Shown: positions 10,180 to 18,566 of the stretch, one piece after another
Numbering within the stretch: position 1 is the stretch's first letter
Layout: every line of letters starts with the position of its first letter
Assembly: GCA_001773775.1 (NCBI GenBank)
Contig: MEXR01000032.1
Coordinates: forward strand, 7,266 to 71,265
Length of the DNA: 64,000 nt
Source of the DNA: Candidatus Amesbacteria bacterium RIFOXYB1_FULL_44_23
Lineage (GTDB): Bacteria; Patescibacteriota; Microgenomatia; CAZETR01; Amesbacteraceae
Reading direction: 5' to 3'
Notes under the pieces: model-generated
The model's database searches: none
Seen by the model: only the letters and a program-made list of their open reading frames with translations
What the model was told of the DNA's origin: nothing
Program-made: the position numbers and the translations under genes

Positions 10180-10227
10180 GTAGGGAGTAAGCCTTGCGGG
10201 AATCTTGCGTTAATTATGCGGGAAAAG

Positions 10228-10563
10228 TTATTTTTGAGCAACAAGAAAAGCGATGATACTGAGAATGTAGACGCTAAGCCAGAGAGTAGTAAAAATGACC
10301 AGTTTTACGGCTTTTTTTGGTTGCTTGCTGTCCCAAAAAAGTAAAAATGCCTGACCTAAAAACATCAAAGAAGTGATGACAGCCGAAACGATGAATAACG
10401 ACAAAAATAAGGCCGGTCCGAGAATGCTGGGTGAAGATCCAAACCAATGGTTACCGTTTAGCATGATCGATCCGATTAAAAGACAGTAGACAAAGATTCC
10501 GGTTGCCTGCAGGAAAGCGGTAAATTCCAAAGAAAGTTTACTTAGCACTAGATTATTATACAC
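10228..10563 (-). CDS. Small membrane protein
   Basis: 3 TM helices. Confidence 0.7.
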   Translation of the reverse strand: MYNNLVLSKLSLEFTAFLQATGIFVYCLLIGSIMLNGNHWFGSSPSILGPALFLSLFIVSAVITSLMFLGQAFLLFWDSKQPKKAVKLVIFTTLWLSVYILSIIAFLVAQK

Positions 10564-10581
10564 GCCTTGGGAAGGTGGAGT

Positions 10582-10980
10582 TTAGAATGAGGGTTGGAAT
10601 TCAATTTCGGGTTTAATCTGTTGGAATTTAATGGTGGGTTGGGGTGTGGGAGTGGGAGTAATGATTAGTGGTTTTATGGGAAGTTTCGGATTAACTAATT
10701 TCCAGGTTGGTTTGGGAGTGGGTTGGGGTGTGGTGGTGGGGGTAGCAGAAGGGGCAATGGTAGAAGATGGGGTGGCTGGAGCAGGAGTTTCGCTGGGTGA
10801 AGGAGTGACAGTAGGAGTAGTTTCGGTCTGGGCGGAAAGAACTTGTTTTTGACGGGTGCCAAAGTAGTATGCGGCGGCAACGACTCCGACCAAGAGTAAG
10901 GTAATGGCGATGCCGGAGATAAAAAACTTAGCAGATCCAGAGGAGGTTTTGGGAGTCGGAGTGAGGGTATTGTCTTCCAC
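10582..10980 (-). CDS. Membrane-anchored Pro/Thr-rich surface protein
   Basis: N-terminal TM followed by TP/PT repeats. Confidence 0.75.
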   Translation of the reverse strand: MEDNTLTPTPKTSSGSAKFFISGIAITLLLVGVVAAAYYFGTRQKQVLSAQTETTPTVTPSPSETPAPATPSSTIAPSATPTTTPQPTPKPTWKLVNPKLPIKPLIITPTPTPQPTIKFQQIKPEIEFQPSF

Positions 10981-11079
10981 TAGTTTCGGATAATAGTCTC
11001 AAATAAATCGCATGTCAATCCTGGTTTAATTGTCACCATCTCCTTCCTATGTCCTATAGGATGGTATAATGCTCAAATC

Positions 11080-11928
11080 ATGTTTGATAAAGAAATTGGT
11101 GATAAGTATGGTCCGAAGAATGAGCCATATTTGGGGGCTAGAGTATTGGCTTTGCTACCCAGGTTGATCGGTAAAAGAGGCGAGTTTGTAGTTGGATTAT
11201 TTTCATATCTGAGGTGGGTGGATGACTTGATGGATGAGGGGAAGCAACCTACCAAGTCTAAGCTCGAATTTATGGAGCGGCAAATGGTGCTGGCAACCGG
11301 GATTGATGAAATTAAGCCAGCAAACCCCGAACCAGAAGAAGAATTTTTTTCCAATCTTCCGTGGAACGTAGTGCCCAGGGAAACTCGTCACAGAGTTCAG
11401 ATGATTTTGGGGTCTGTGATTGATGACGTAAATAATCAAGGATTCAAGGTTAGAACAGATCGAGAAATAAGGCATTACAACTGGAGGACAATGTGGCCAA
11501 TTATGGACGGGTTATTTCTGGTTTTAAATGGAAAACCTGCAAAGCCAGGAGTTCAGGTTATGAGGTTTTTGGATGCTTGTGTCAGGATAGGGAGCCTGGA
11601 GGGTTTGGGTGACGATTTGTCCCAGGAGGTAATAAAGCTGCCTGTGGAGTTTGAGAGAGAGACTGCAGTAACAAAGCAATCGGTGCTAGAAAAATTAGAT
11701 GAGAAGTGGTTTTCCGCAGAGAAAAAAAGAAACCTGAATGAGATTGCGGTCAATGCGTTGGGATTTTTGAAATTAGATATTCCGGCGTGGCAGAAATTGT
11801 TGTGTCTTGGCTATGCTGCTGAAATTTTGGTAACTAAGAGCTTGGGAGTTAGTCTAAAAAAAGCAATCCAAGGAGCTGTATCCGAAACGGTAGATGTTGG
11901 AAATTTGAATGAGACAGAAGCCATATAG
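11080..11928 (+). CDS. Squalene/phytoene synthase-like (isoprenoid synthase fold) protein
   Basis: YLRWVDDLMDE first Asp-rich motif; weak second motif GLGDDL. Confidence 0.55.
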   Translation: MFDKEIGDKYGPKNEPYLGARVLALLPRLIGKRGEFVVGLFSYLRWVDDLMDEGKQPTKSKLEFMERQMVLATGIDEIKPANPEPEEEFFSNLPWNVVPRETRHRVQMILGSVIDDVNNQGFKVRTDREIRHYNWRTMWPIMDGLFLVLNGKPAKPGVQVMRFLDACVRIGSLEGLGDDLSQEVIKLPVEFERETAVTKQSVLEKLDEKWFSAEKKRNLNEIAVNALGFLKLDIPAWQKLLCLGYAAEILVTKSLGVSLKKAIQGAVSETVDVGNLNETEAI

Positions 11929-12081
11929 ACGAGATCGAAAAAGTAATGCTGAGGCGGTTTTAGGAATAGAGATTTGGCCAAGATTTGAGTGAGGATTTAC
12001 TGCGCTGTTAGCTCATGTCCTATAGTTTGACTTTATAAGGAAAAATGCTTATAATGCCGCCATATTTGTTGCGGGAAGCCT

Positions 12082-13176
12082 ATGAAAATACCGGCGGATT
12101 TATCGAGAGCTTTGACGGGATTTAGGCGGGTTTTTACAGGCGTTAATAAACAAAGCAAAACCAGGATAAATGACAGGGAAAAGATAACGGTAATTTTGAC
12201 CGGGTTCGGGGGAAAGGATGTTTTGGGAAATTGGTCCGGGGAAACGGCCCCTTTCTTAAAGGAAATGAAAGATCTTTTGGACGTAAGAAATAAAGTGCGA
12301 TTGTGCAATTTGGCATATGAAGGAGAACTGTACGGAAGCCGGGTTTTGGTAGCGGCAACCGGAATGGCTAAAGTGAAGACCACGGCCTGTTTATCAGAGA
12401 TTCTGCATGTTTATGATAAGAAAATAAGAGAGGTTATTTTGGTCGGGATTGCCGGCATAACCCCAATGAAGGGCGGGATTTTAGATAGTTTGGGAAAGGT
12501 GCGAAAGTCGGAGCCGGCCATGTTGGGTGATGTTTGCGTCAGCTTTCTGGCAGTGGATTACGATTTGCAGCATTATGGTGCCGATTGCGGCAGATCGAGT
12601 TTGCCGGAACCTAAATTTTGGGATCAAAAAAGCACATTTCAGGCTAAGTTCATAAAGGGAGATAAGAAGTTGGCAGATGAGCTTCTTTCTGCCTGCAAAA
12701 AAGTGCGCTGGCCGGCTGTACCTAAGGGGGTGGAAAAAATTAACACCTTATATCACTCCGGAAGCCGATTTCCTAAAGTGTGGGAACCTTGGGAATGTCT
12801 GGAAGTGACCAGTGACTTATATTGGCACGATTTAAGATCTGATTGCAGAGCCCGGGAGCTGGCCGGAGGACTGTTGAGGAGGGAATACGGCAGGAAAATT
12901 TCCCCAGATTCGGTGCTGGTAGTTTCTTCCATGGAAGCGGTGGCCTGCGGGGCAGTTGTGGAATGGTGGAACAGGGATCACAAACGGGCAATTGGGTTTT
13001 CTTACGTCAGGGGGGCTAGTAACTTTAGTCACCCATATGTAGACACTGACGGAAAGCCGGTTTTAGGGGCCCTGGAGAGCCTGAAAATGTCGGCAAAATC
13101 GGGAGGGGCCTCGTATGCAATGCAGACTGAAGCGTTACCGGTATTAAAAATGCTTGAATTGAGATCATATGTTTAA
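12082..13176 (+). CDS. Nucleoside phosphorylase/NUP-like (PNP_UDP fold) protein
   Basis: TGMAKV, VGIAGITP, TSDLYW, SMEAVA, VRGASNF. Confidence 0.65.
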   Translation: MKIPADLSRALTGFRRVFTGVNKQSKTRINDREKITVILTGFGGKDVLGNWSGETAPFLKEMKDLLDVRNKVRLCNLAYEGELYGSRVLVAATGMAKVKTTACLSEILHVYDKKIREVILVGIAGITPMKGGILDSLGKVRKSEPAMLGDVCVSFLAVDYDLQHYGADCGRSSLPEPKFWDQKSTFQAKFIKGDKKLADELLSACKKVRWPAVPKGVEKINTLYHSGSRFPKVWEPWECLEVTSDLYWHDLRSDCRARELAGGLLRREYGRKISPDSVLVVSSMEAVACGAVVEWWNRDHKRAIGFSYVRGASNFSHPYVDTDGKPVLGALESLKMSAKSGGASYAMQTEALPVLKMLELRSYV

Positions 13177-13720
13177 TAGTTTGAAAACAAATGTCGCATT
13201 ACTAATGCAGAGCCCGAAGGACTACTTGTATTCCTTTGTATATTCGGATAACTCGAAAGTGGAAATACGCCGGTTTGATCCCAGATCGGTAGCGGCGGCT
13301 GAAAAACTAATTAAGAAACTTAAGAGGCTTTGTCCTAAGATAACAGTTGTTTTAATCGGATCGGTAGGCTTGGGAATTGACGGCCGGGGAGACATTGATT
13401 TGTGTGCCTGTGCTGCGAAGACTAAACTGCCGGTTTATTACCGGAGGATAACAAAAAATTTCGGTAAACCGGTAAAAATCAGAAGTGAATTTCGGCAGTG
13501 GGAGTTTGAGAGAAATGGTTTTCCGGTAGAGCTGTACTTGTCTAATACAAAAGACCAAAGATTTAAAGAGCAAGTTAGATTGTTTAACTTGCTGAAAAAT
13601 AATCCAGCTTACCTACGGGAGTATCAGAGCATTAAAAGATTAATGAACCATGGATCTGAGAGAGAGTATGTATTAAGAAGAATGGAGTTTTTTAACAGGA
13701 TTTCGGGCCAAAGACAATAA
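13169..13720 (+). CDS. GrpB-family (UPF0157) nucleotidyltransferase-fold protein
   Basis: IGSVGLGIDGRGDIDL; C-terminal FNLLKNNP...EYQSIK. Confidence 0.75.
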   Translation: MFNSLKTNVALLMQSPKDYLYSFVYSDNSKVEIRRFDPRSVAAAEKLIKKLKRLCPKITVVLIGSVGLGIDGRGDIDLCACAAKTKLPVYYRRITKNFGKPVKIRSEFRQWEFERNGFPVELYLSNTKDQRFKEQVRLFNLLKNNPAYLREYQSIKRLMNHGSEREYVLRRMEFFNRISGQRQ

Positions 13721-13766
13721 ATGTTGACTGGAAATTTATGGGCGGGAAGCTATACTTATTTAAGAG

Positions 13767-14171
13767 ATGAAACCTGAAAAGGTGATGCTAGTTGTGAGCG
13801 CAGTAGTAATTGCGTTGGGAGTGGGGATTTACGCGGTAAAAGCGACTGGATTCTTCAAAAGAGTCGGTGGTAGAGTTGTTACCAATCTGTTTGAAGTTAA
13901 GTGTAAAGAAAATGAAGAATATGTAGTGACCCAGGCAGGCGGAAAGAAACTTTGTGTCAAAAGACCAAAAGACGGAGGTAAAAGTTGCACTAAAAGCAGC
14001 GAGTGTGAAACGGGTAAATGCGTGAGTAAAGAATATTATGGAGCTACTAGCGGAACCTGTTTTAATTCAAACTACCACCAGCCTTGTATATTTTGGTTGT
14101 GGACGGTTGAAGAATCTCAAGCCCGGGAAAAACCAGCAGCTAATGTTATTCAGGGTCCTTGTGTTTATTAG
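13767..14171 (+). CDS. Secreted or membrane-anchored Cys-rich protein
   Basis: N-terminal TM; DGGKSCTKSSECETGKC; TTGACT...TATACT promoter. Confidence 0.7.
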   Translation: MKPEKVMLVVSAVVIALGVGIYAVKATGFFKRVGGRVVTNLFEVKCKENEEYVVTQAGGKKLCVKRPKDGGKSCTKSSECETGKCVSKEYYGATSGTCFNSNYHQPCIFWLWTVEESQAREKPAANVIQGPCVY

Positions 14172-14269
14172 GTGTTAATAGAGAAGGTATTAATAGTCGT
14201 TTTGTAACCGCAAGTGGTTAGTGGTCCGAAAGGAGATTTGAAAAACGAATCTTGTTATAATTCCGGATT

Positions 14270-14839
14270 ATGGTTTTGCAGAAAGGTGAAGTTGTAGGTT
14301 TGTATATTGCGGCTCAGGGTCAAAGACCTAAAGAGGGACTGCGAAGAGCGGCGATGAATCCGGTAGATTATGTGTTAGCCGTAGCGGGATTTGGATTGAT
14401 GGGTGACAGATATTACCTAAACAGGTTACTGGGTTCTTATTCTAAAACGGCCCGAATTCCTGACATTTTTCGTCAAGTTACGTTTATGGGAATGGAAGAT
14501 TTTGAGGCCGGGGTTTTGGAGATGAGTGGTCGGATGGATATACGTGAAACGCGGAGAAACATCATAACCAGGGGAATCGATTACCGGGAATTGAAGAAAA
14601 AAACTATTCGGATAGTCAGTGATTCAAGAACCAGGAGGTTTGCCGGATTTTTAACCGAGGAAGAGTGTACTCCTTGTAACATCCCCGATGACGGAAAGTT
14701 GGGATTTAAGGAGGCTTTCGGTTCTGAGTGGAGAGGAGGAGTAAGAGCTCAAGTTACGAAAACCGGGTTGGTGGAGATGGGATATCAGGTGTTGGTGATG
14801 GACCGAAAACCAGGGATAATTACAGACGCACAGCAGTAG
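14270..14839 (+). CDS. MOSC-domain protein
   Basis: GLMGDRY, RQVTF, TRRNIITRG, CTPC, RGGVRAQVTKTG. Confidence 0.8.
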   Translation: MVLQKGEVVGLYIAAQGQRPKEGLRRAAMNPVDYVLAVAGFGLMGDRYYLNRLLGSYSKTARIPDIFRQVTFMGMEDFEAGVLEMSGRMDIRETRRNIITRGIDYRELKKKTIRIVSDSRTRRFAGFLTEEECTPCNIPDDGKLGFKEAFGSEWRGGVRAQVTKTGLVEMGYQVLVMDRKPGIITDAQQ

Positions 14840-14854
14840 CAGTAACTATGATGT

Positions 14855-15139
14855 TTAAGGCAGAAAATAGGCGACTAGCCACAGCGGAATAGCAGTCAGG
14901 GACAGTTTTCCCAGAAGTCCGATATAACCTCTTTTTAAGACGACAAATCCACCAGCAATGCCTGTGACATCAAGGGGAAAGGTAACCAGGTTGCAATAGG
15001 GTTTGCACCAATTGTGAGGCCGGTGCAGTATGTCCGTTAAGCCGTTATTTAAGTTCAGGGTTTGCAGAATATCTCTACCCAGATGGTATAGGGAGAAGGC
15101 AAGAAGGCAGATGAAACACAATCTGGCTAATTTAGTCAC
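14855..15139 (-). CDS. Small membrane protein
   Basis: 3 TM; GTG start; TATACT upstream. Confidence 0.6.
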   Translation of the reverse strand: MTKLARLCFICLLAFSLYHLGRDILQTLNLNNGLTDILHRPHNWCKPYCNLVTFPLDVTGIAGGFVVLKRGYIGLLGKLSLTAIPLWLVAYFLP

Positions 15140-15157
15140 GAATAAAAGTATAACAAC

Positions 15158-15177
15158 TGAGATGAGTATTCATCTCA
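15158..15177. promoter_or_regulatory. Operator-like palindrome TGAGATGA-gtat-TCATCTCA
   Basis: Perfect 8-bp inverted repeat in the promoter region of the 14855-15139 gene. Confidence 0.35.
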
Positions 15178-15261
15178 AATACTGACTTAATAGTTTGCAA
15201 CCAGAACAAGATCAGTTTATGCGATCTGATTGGGGTGAAGTCTGATAGACCCAAAAGCCAG

Positions 15262-15672
15262 TTACTTACAATCCTTTGGACAATTGCAGTAATCTTCGTA
15301 TTGCGAGTCACAGACTCCGTTTCCACACGGGCTGCAAATAGCATTGGGTCCACCCATAATCATGCCGCAGGTTCCTCGACCTTTGTTTGTTGGGGGTTGT
15401 TTTTTCTGGATAGATACCAGTCCGGGACAACATTTTTTAATCTTGATGTCGGGATTTATTTTTCCGGTTCGGAAGTCAAAGTTGCTGATGGGGATTTCAC
15501 CTGCGTTTGAACAGTATGTTTCGGAAGTATTGGTGGCAGGAGTCGTTGAGGGGGAGATTTGATTTGTGTCTGCCTTTTTGGGCAAGACATTTTGATATAG
15601 GAGATATCCTGAGCTTGCAACAAAGATTGCAAGCATGATTAAGGGGAGCAACCCAGAGCCCTTTTGGTTCAC
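15262..15672 (-). CDS. Membrane-anchored Cys-rich protein
   Basis: Prepilin-like N-terminus (QKGSGLLPLI); CGNGVCDSQYEDYCNCPKDC. Confidence 0.75.
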   Translation of the reverse strand: MNQKGSGLLPLIMLAIFVASSGYLLYQNVLPKKADTNQISPSTTPATNTSETYCSNAGEIPISNFDFRTGKINPDIKIKKCCPGLVSIQKKQPPTNKGRGTCGMIMGGPNAICSPCGNGVCDSQYEDYCNCPKDCK

Positions 15673-15807
15673 AATTCAGTATCTTTTAATGTGGGGGAGA
15701 TGTCAATAATTGTGTTTGCAAAACCAGCGAGCAATGCCAAAACCTACTTTTTGATGTTTGTTTGATCGCGTTTTGAATGGCAATGAATATTCAAATAATT
15801 TGTTAGC

Positions 15808-16011
15808 TTAGCCTTGTAATAATGGGCAGTTTGGGTCGCAGTTGCCGTTGCAACTTATGTCGAGGGGCAAGCCATTTTCAGGTATCAAGATGGGAACTCT
15901 CTGATTGCACCATTTTCCATCCTTTCCAGCTTTTAAAACTCCAGCTGCGACTAACTTATCAACGTCGGGATTAATACCGGGATTTGCGAGCTCTCTGCAT
16001 TCTTTTGGCAT
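15808..16011 (-). CDS. Small Cys-rich hypothetical protein
   Basis: C...WC...CNGNCDPNCP. Confidence 0.55.
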   Translation of the reverse strand: MPKECRELANPGINPDVDKLVAAGVLKAGKDGKWCNQRVPILIPENGLPLDISCNGNCDPNCPLLQG

Positions 16012-16079
16012 GCTTGCATTATATCCCGGGACCCTAGTGAGTAAATTGATGACGATTCAGCCGAAGAATGCGGGCTTTG

Positions 16080-16814
16080 TTAGAGCCTACTTTTAGGATT
16101 TTGGAAATTCACTTGCAAAAGGAGTTGGGGAATTGAAGCGGTGTCGCTTATAAAATAGCGGAATTCTTCCGTGTACGGGTAAATGTATTTCAGCTGCATA
16201 CCACTGCCTGAGGTGCTGCTTTTTGATACTATCCGGGTAAGACAAGCGACTTTTATCTGATCGTTTCTAACCCCGTATATACACTCTGGCTGATAAGTAG
16301 CGCTTTGAGCTCCCTGGGCCGGGGAAAAACTATAACCCGGTTTAACATAATATTTCTGTCCTGACCAGGCGTTTTGTTTGGCCCACTCTAAAGTAGAAAA
16401 TCCCAAAATATCCCTATGATAAGTTGCCTGATCCGGTTGGGTTACTTGATGGTAGTAAACCCATTCCTTTCCGGGGAGATCAGATGAGCCGGTTTTAAAC
16501 AAATTTAAATCTTCTGGGCATGCACCTTTGGGAGGACATTTGCGGAGATCCATTAACCAGTTCAAAACATCCTGATTGGTTATTACTTGAGATTCTGATA
16601 CGGGCGCCCATTTGACTTTGGAAGGTAAAGAGGGAGGAGTAAGACTGGTAGATGTGGGCATGGGGGTAACGTTTGGCGTGGTTGGGGAGGGGTTATCCGG
16701 GTATGGAAGGTTGGTGATGGTTGAAACCTGCGGTGATCTTAAAAATATGATTATAAATACCGAAAAGGTGACAACGGCAACTAACAAGAGGGGGAGAAAA
16801 GACGATTTGGGCAT
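16080..16814 (-). CDS. Membrane-anchored hypothetical protein
   Basis: N-terminal TM, P/T linker. Confidence 0.75.
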   Translation of the reverse strand: MPKSSFLPLLLVAVVTFSVFIIIFLRSPQVSTITNLPYPDNPSPTTPNVTPMPTSTSLTPPSLPSKVKWAPVSESQVITNQDVLNWLMDLRKCPPKGACPEDLNLFKTGSSDLPGKEWVYYHQVTQPDQATYHRDILGFSTLEWAKQNAWSGQKYYVKPGYSFSPAQGAQSATYQPECIYGVRNDQIKVACLTRIVSKSSTSGSGMQLKYIYPYTEEFRYFISDTASIPQLLLQVNFQNPKSRL

Positions 16815-16897
16815 GTCCTTTTATATTATTATCCGATCAAACTTTAAATTCAATGTGGTAAGCATGGACAGAGCATTCGAAGCTATGATGTTCTGAT

Positions 16898-16927
16898 TTG
16901 ACAAAACGTTGAGCCGGATGGTACCAT
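16898..16927 (+). promoter_or_regulatory. Sigma70-type promoter of the T-box leader
   Basis: TTGACA (16898-16903), 18-nt spacer, TG-n-TACCAT (16922-16927). Confidence 0.65.
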
Positions 16928-16934
16928 TCGTCTA

Positions 16935-17171
16935 CAATTTGCAAAAGCGTTTAAGTTTGGTTTCCCGCCAAACAAGCTGCTTGCGATGAGCAAGACGGAA
17001 GTCAACCGTAAGAATGAGACAAAGCGTGTCGGTAACGGAGCGCTACAAGCGTAAGCTTTTAGTTCCACCGAAAGGTGGTTTTTTTGTAGCTTACGAAAGC
17101 AGGGTGGTACCACGAGAAACCTCGTCCTTGCTCTTCAAGAAATATCTTGGAGGGTGAAGGCGAGGTTTTTT
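16935..17171 (+). promoter_or_regulatory. T-box riboswitch (probably Pro-specific)
   Basis: AGGGTGGTACCACG antiterminator (17101-17114) pairs with CGTCCT; stem III CGTAAGC...GCTTACG; alternative terminator ends in a T-run; upstream of proS. Confidence 0.85.
17118..17171 (+). terminator. T-box terminator/sequestrator hairpin
   Basis: AACCTCGTCCTT...AAGGCGAGGTT followed by T-tract abutting ATG 17172. Confidence 0.8.
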
Positions 17172-18566
17172 ATGTTTACAAATGCAAAACTTATACAAAA
17201 GAACTGGCGAAATACCCTGAAACAAGGGCAGGTGTCTTTGGTGGTCGTGAGGGAGGGAGAGGTTTTGTATGCCAATAAGGTGTCCGGAGTTTCTGGTCTG
17301 GTTGATTGTTTTAAGCAGGATTTATTGTCAGGAAGTGAGGTCTATGACACCAAGATTGGGTTGGCGGCGGCGAAACTTTTAGTGTGGGGGAAGGCAAGAT
17401 CAGTGTTTGCACTTACGGCGAGTCAGTCCGCTGTAAACTTTTGCAAAGCAAATAATCTGGCAGTTGAGAGTGTGAAGCAGGTGGACCGGTTGTACTTTTC
17501 TAATGATTTAGGTGGATGCCTATTTGAGAAGACAGCCTTCGGAGCGCAGAGAGCGGAAGATTTAATCAGGGGTTTGGAAGGACTAGGGGAGGTAAGAGTT
17601 GAGAGGTGTACAAAAGACGGTGTCTTTCCCCTGAATTATTATTCCACGTCAAATAGAAAAACATGGGTCAATCTGCAAGGGAAATGGACTGCGGTCAGGC
17701 ATCCTGAAATGGATAAGGCGATCAGAGTTGGGAGAAAGAAAGCCCGGACTGTGGCGACCTGCGAAGTTAAAAGAGGAGATATGGTAGTGGTCGGAGACGG
17801 GTTGGGGGTGTATGAGGAGAAAGTCGAGTTGAAAAAGGGCCAGGATTTTGGCTTTATGAGTAGTGAGGTTAGTGCAGAGAGGCCCAAAGAAGCACTGATT
17901 GGCAGGGTGGCTGAAATAATGCGGGAAAGCAGGCGAGAGGGTAAGCGAACGCTTTTAGTAGGGGGTCCGGCGATAGTTCATACCGGTTCGGGAAAATATT
18001 TGTCCGGACTAATCCGGTCCGGATGGATAGACGTACTGTTTGGAGGAAACGCCATAGCTGCTCATGACTTAGAAGAAAATTATCTGGGGACGTCTTTGGG
18101 GACAGAGGTGACTTCCGGAAACAGGATTGAGGGGGGTCATCATCATCACCTGAGGACTATCAATACGATTCGGTTTTACGGGGGAATTAAAAATGCCGTG
18201 GTCGCCAAAGTGATTAAATCCGGAATTTTTTATGAGTGTGTCCGAAGCGGAACGAAGTTTGTTTTAGCCGGGTCCATCAGGGACGACGGTCCGTTAACAG
18301 ACGTGATCACAGATTCGGTAAGGGCACAAATGGAGATGAGAAAAGAAACCAGAAATGGTTTCGGCGTAGCCCTGATGGTGGCTACGACTTTACACTCAGT
18401 TGCTACGGGCAATTTGTTGTCTTTTGATACCACCAAAATCATCGTTGATGACAATCTGGCTTCAGTGACTAAGTTAGCTGATCGGGGGACTAATGCCTTA
18501 GGAATTGTGACCGATTGCGCTTATTTTTTGAGCCAATTATGTAATAAGCTGGAGGTGGAGATATGA
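17172..18566 (+). CDS. DUF1893 + TIGR00300 (LOR/SDH-region, ornithine cyclodeaminase-like) fusion protein
   Basis: N-terminal DTKIGLAAAKLL...GGCLFE (DUF1893-like); YYSTSN, FMSSEVSAERP, GGPAIVHTG, GGNAIAAHDLE, LAGSIRDDGPL, LHSVATGN, TKLADRG. Confidence 0.85.
   Translation: MFTNAKLIQKNWRNTLKQGQVSLVVVREGEVLYANKVSGVSGLVDCFKQDLLSGSEVYDTKIGLAAAKLLVWGKARSVFALTASQSAVNFCKANNLAVESVKQVDRLYFSNDLGGCLFEKTAFGAQRAEDLIRGLEGLGEVRVERCTKDGVFPLNYYSTSNRKTWVNLQGKWTAVRHPEMDKAIRVGRKKARTVATCEVKRGDMVVVGDGLGVYEEKVELKKGQDFGFMSSEVSAERPKEALIGRVAEIMRESRREGKRTLLVGGPAIVHTGSGKYLSGLIRSGWIDVLFGGNAIAAHDLEENYLGTSLGTEVTSGNRIEGGHHHHLRTINTIRFYGGIKNAVVAKVIKSGIFYECVRSGTKFVLAGSIRDDGPLTDVITDSVRAQMEMRKETRNGFGVALMVATTLHSVATGNLLSFDTTKIIVDDNLASVTKLADRGTNALGIVTDCAYFLSQLCNKLEVEI

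Noticed and set aside
16883-17113. 76-aa minus-strand ORF
   Set aside because: Antisense to the T-box leader; no coding features.
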